Below the pieces are notes generated by a model that was given only the letters and a program-made list of their open reading frames with translations, ran no database searches and had not been told where the DNA came from. A program made the position numbers and the translations under genes. 64,000 nt of DNA from Octopus sinensis (lineage: Eukaryota): positions 112,096,001-112,160,000 of the forward strand of contig NC_042999.1 in NCBI RefSeq assembly GCF_006345805.1, in the 5' to 3' direction. Shown here piece by piece: positions 63,018-64,000 of the stretch (position 1 is its first letter; each line of letters opens with the position of its first letter).

Positions 63018-63744
63018 ATACCAATGGTATCAGGGCATGTATAAGTCTTGAAAAAATTACAAAAATCGATTCCAGGTGAGAATGCAATCGATAAAGCCGT
63101 GGGAACGTGCATTTGTACATGCAAGTTCATCAGCTATTGCGATCGTACGCGAGAAGAATGCACGTGCAGTTTGCACAAAAGAAGCCAGCCGGCTTGAAAT
63201 AATGCCCCAAAATGCAGTATATTTAAGAGACCAAAAAAGTAAAATGCAAAAGAGATATCTTCTTTAAACTTGGCATGAAGGAAGGAAAGACTATTTGGTT
63301 TCTCAAGAAGTTTTTTTTGTTTTTTGCCTTAACTTCGTTTAACAAAACCAAAACTTTTATTGAAATAAAGGCATGTTTGATTATTTTTTAATGTAAAGAA
63401 AACACTGATTGCTTTTTATTCAGCAGATATGATTCAGCACCGTCCATTGGTCTGGGGGTGTTTTGCTCGTATACTTATATAAGTGTGTATGCTATTCCTG
63501 TGTTTTGACTTACCATACTAAATGTAAATTAAAAAGCTGTCATACTAACAATGTTATTTATTTACAAGCTTAAGCAAACATGTCTGGCCATTGAGCTGTT
63601 CCTTGTTGAAGGAGCAGAGGAAATACCACCTTGCGTGGAAACTGACAAGGATTAGTGACAGGAAGAGCATCATCAGACTTTAGAAAATACACCTCAACAT
63701 GTTTCAAATGATACATACAAACATGGAAAACTGAACATAAAATG

Positions 63745-64000
63745 GTGGTGGTGATGGTGGTGGTGGTGGTGGTGACAGCAGAGATGGGTACAGGGCTGGC
63801 AGTGACAGTGAGATTTGGCAGTGGCAGAGGGAGAGGGTAGCAAAGGAGGTGAAAGCTGCAATGGCAACAGTGGCAGAGGTGGCAGTGGTAGTGGTAGTAG
63901 TAGTGGTTGTGGTTGTGGTGGTGGGGTTTGCTGACAGTGATGACGGTGGTAATAGTGAATACAGTGATGATGAGAAGGAGGATGAGAACAAGAATGACAA
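63745..64000. repeat. Degenerate GGT/GCA/GAT trinucleotide array
   Basis: Direct reading. Confidence 0.9.

Noticed and set aside
63076-63267. WERAFVHASSSA...ARAVCT resembles the Wnt motif RExAFVxAIxSA...RAC
   Set aside because: Spacing differs, the following CxC cysteines are absent and no other Wnt exon is visible; treated as coincidence unless an HMM search says otherwise
1-64000. Conserved miRNA, snRNA, snoRNA, rRNA or histone-type elements
   Set aside because: None recognised by eye on either strand; an Rfam/MirGeneDB search would be needed to exclude them

Overview
Eukaryotic, AT-rich, non-coding-dominated DNA, most likely an octopus (coleoid cephalopod) intron or intergenic interval. 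The species call is an inference from remembered octopus SINE sequences and the extreme TA/CA/ATT/GAT/GATA microsatellite load; it was not checked against any database. No long host-gene ORF is present: almost all listed ORFs are microsatellite translations or decayed transposon frames. The window holds about 35 tRNA-type SINE copies in several families (my working labels A, B, C, D, F, G), decayed LINE fragments (RTE, CR1, L1/Tx1, R4/Dong-like RLE), two mariner relics, one DD37D (maT-type) relic and a Penelope-like terminus. Most interesting structures: (1) an approx. 265-bp-arm AT-rich palindrome at 14.9-16.1 kb whose left arm is interrupted by a CR1 3' fragment; (2) a young chimera at 44.8-45.1 kb joining an RTE reverse-transcriptase piece to a Penelope-like end with a minimal hammerhead-ribozyme motif; (3) three LINE-SINE 3'-tail partnerships visible in this one window; (4) a 23-nt locally templated insertion; (5) a tail-to-tail inverted SINE pair with two clean 17-bp target-site duplications; (6) a CpG-rich island at 63.0-63.2 kb that may be the last exon of a plus-strand gene, plus several micro-exon candidates on both strands. 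I could not identify a host gene and found no convincing wholly new biological system. All coordinates and identities were read by eye and are approximate unless a motif is quoted.
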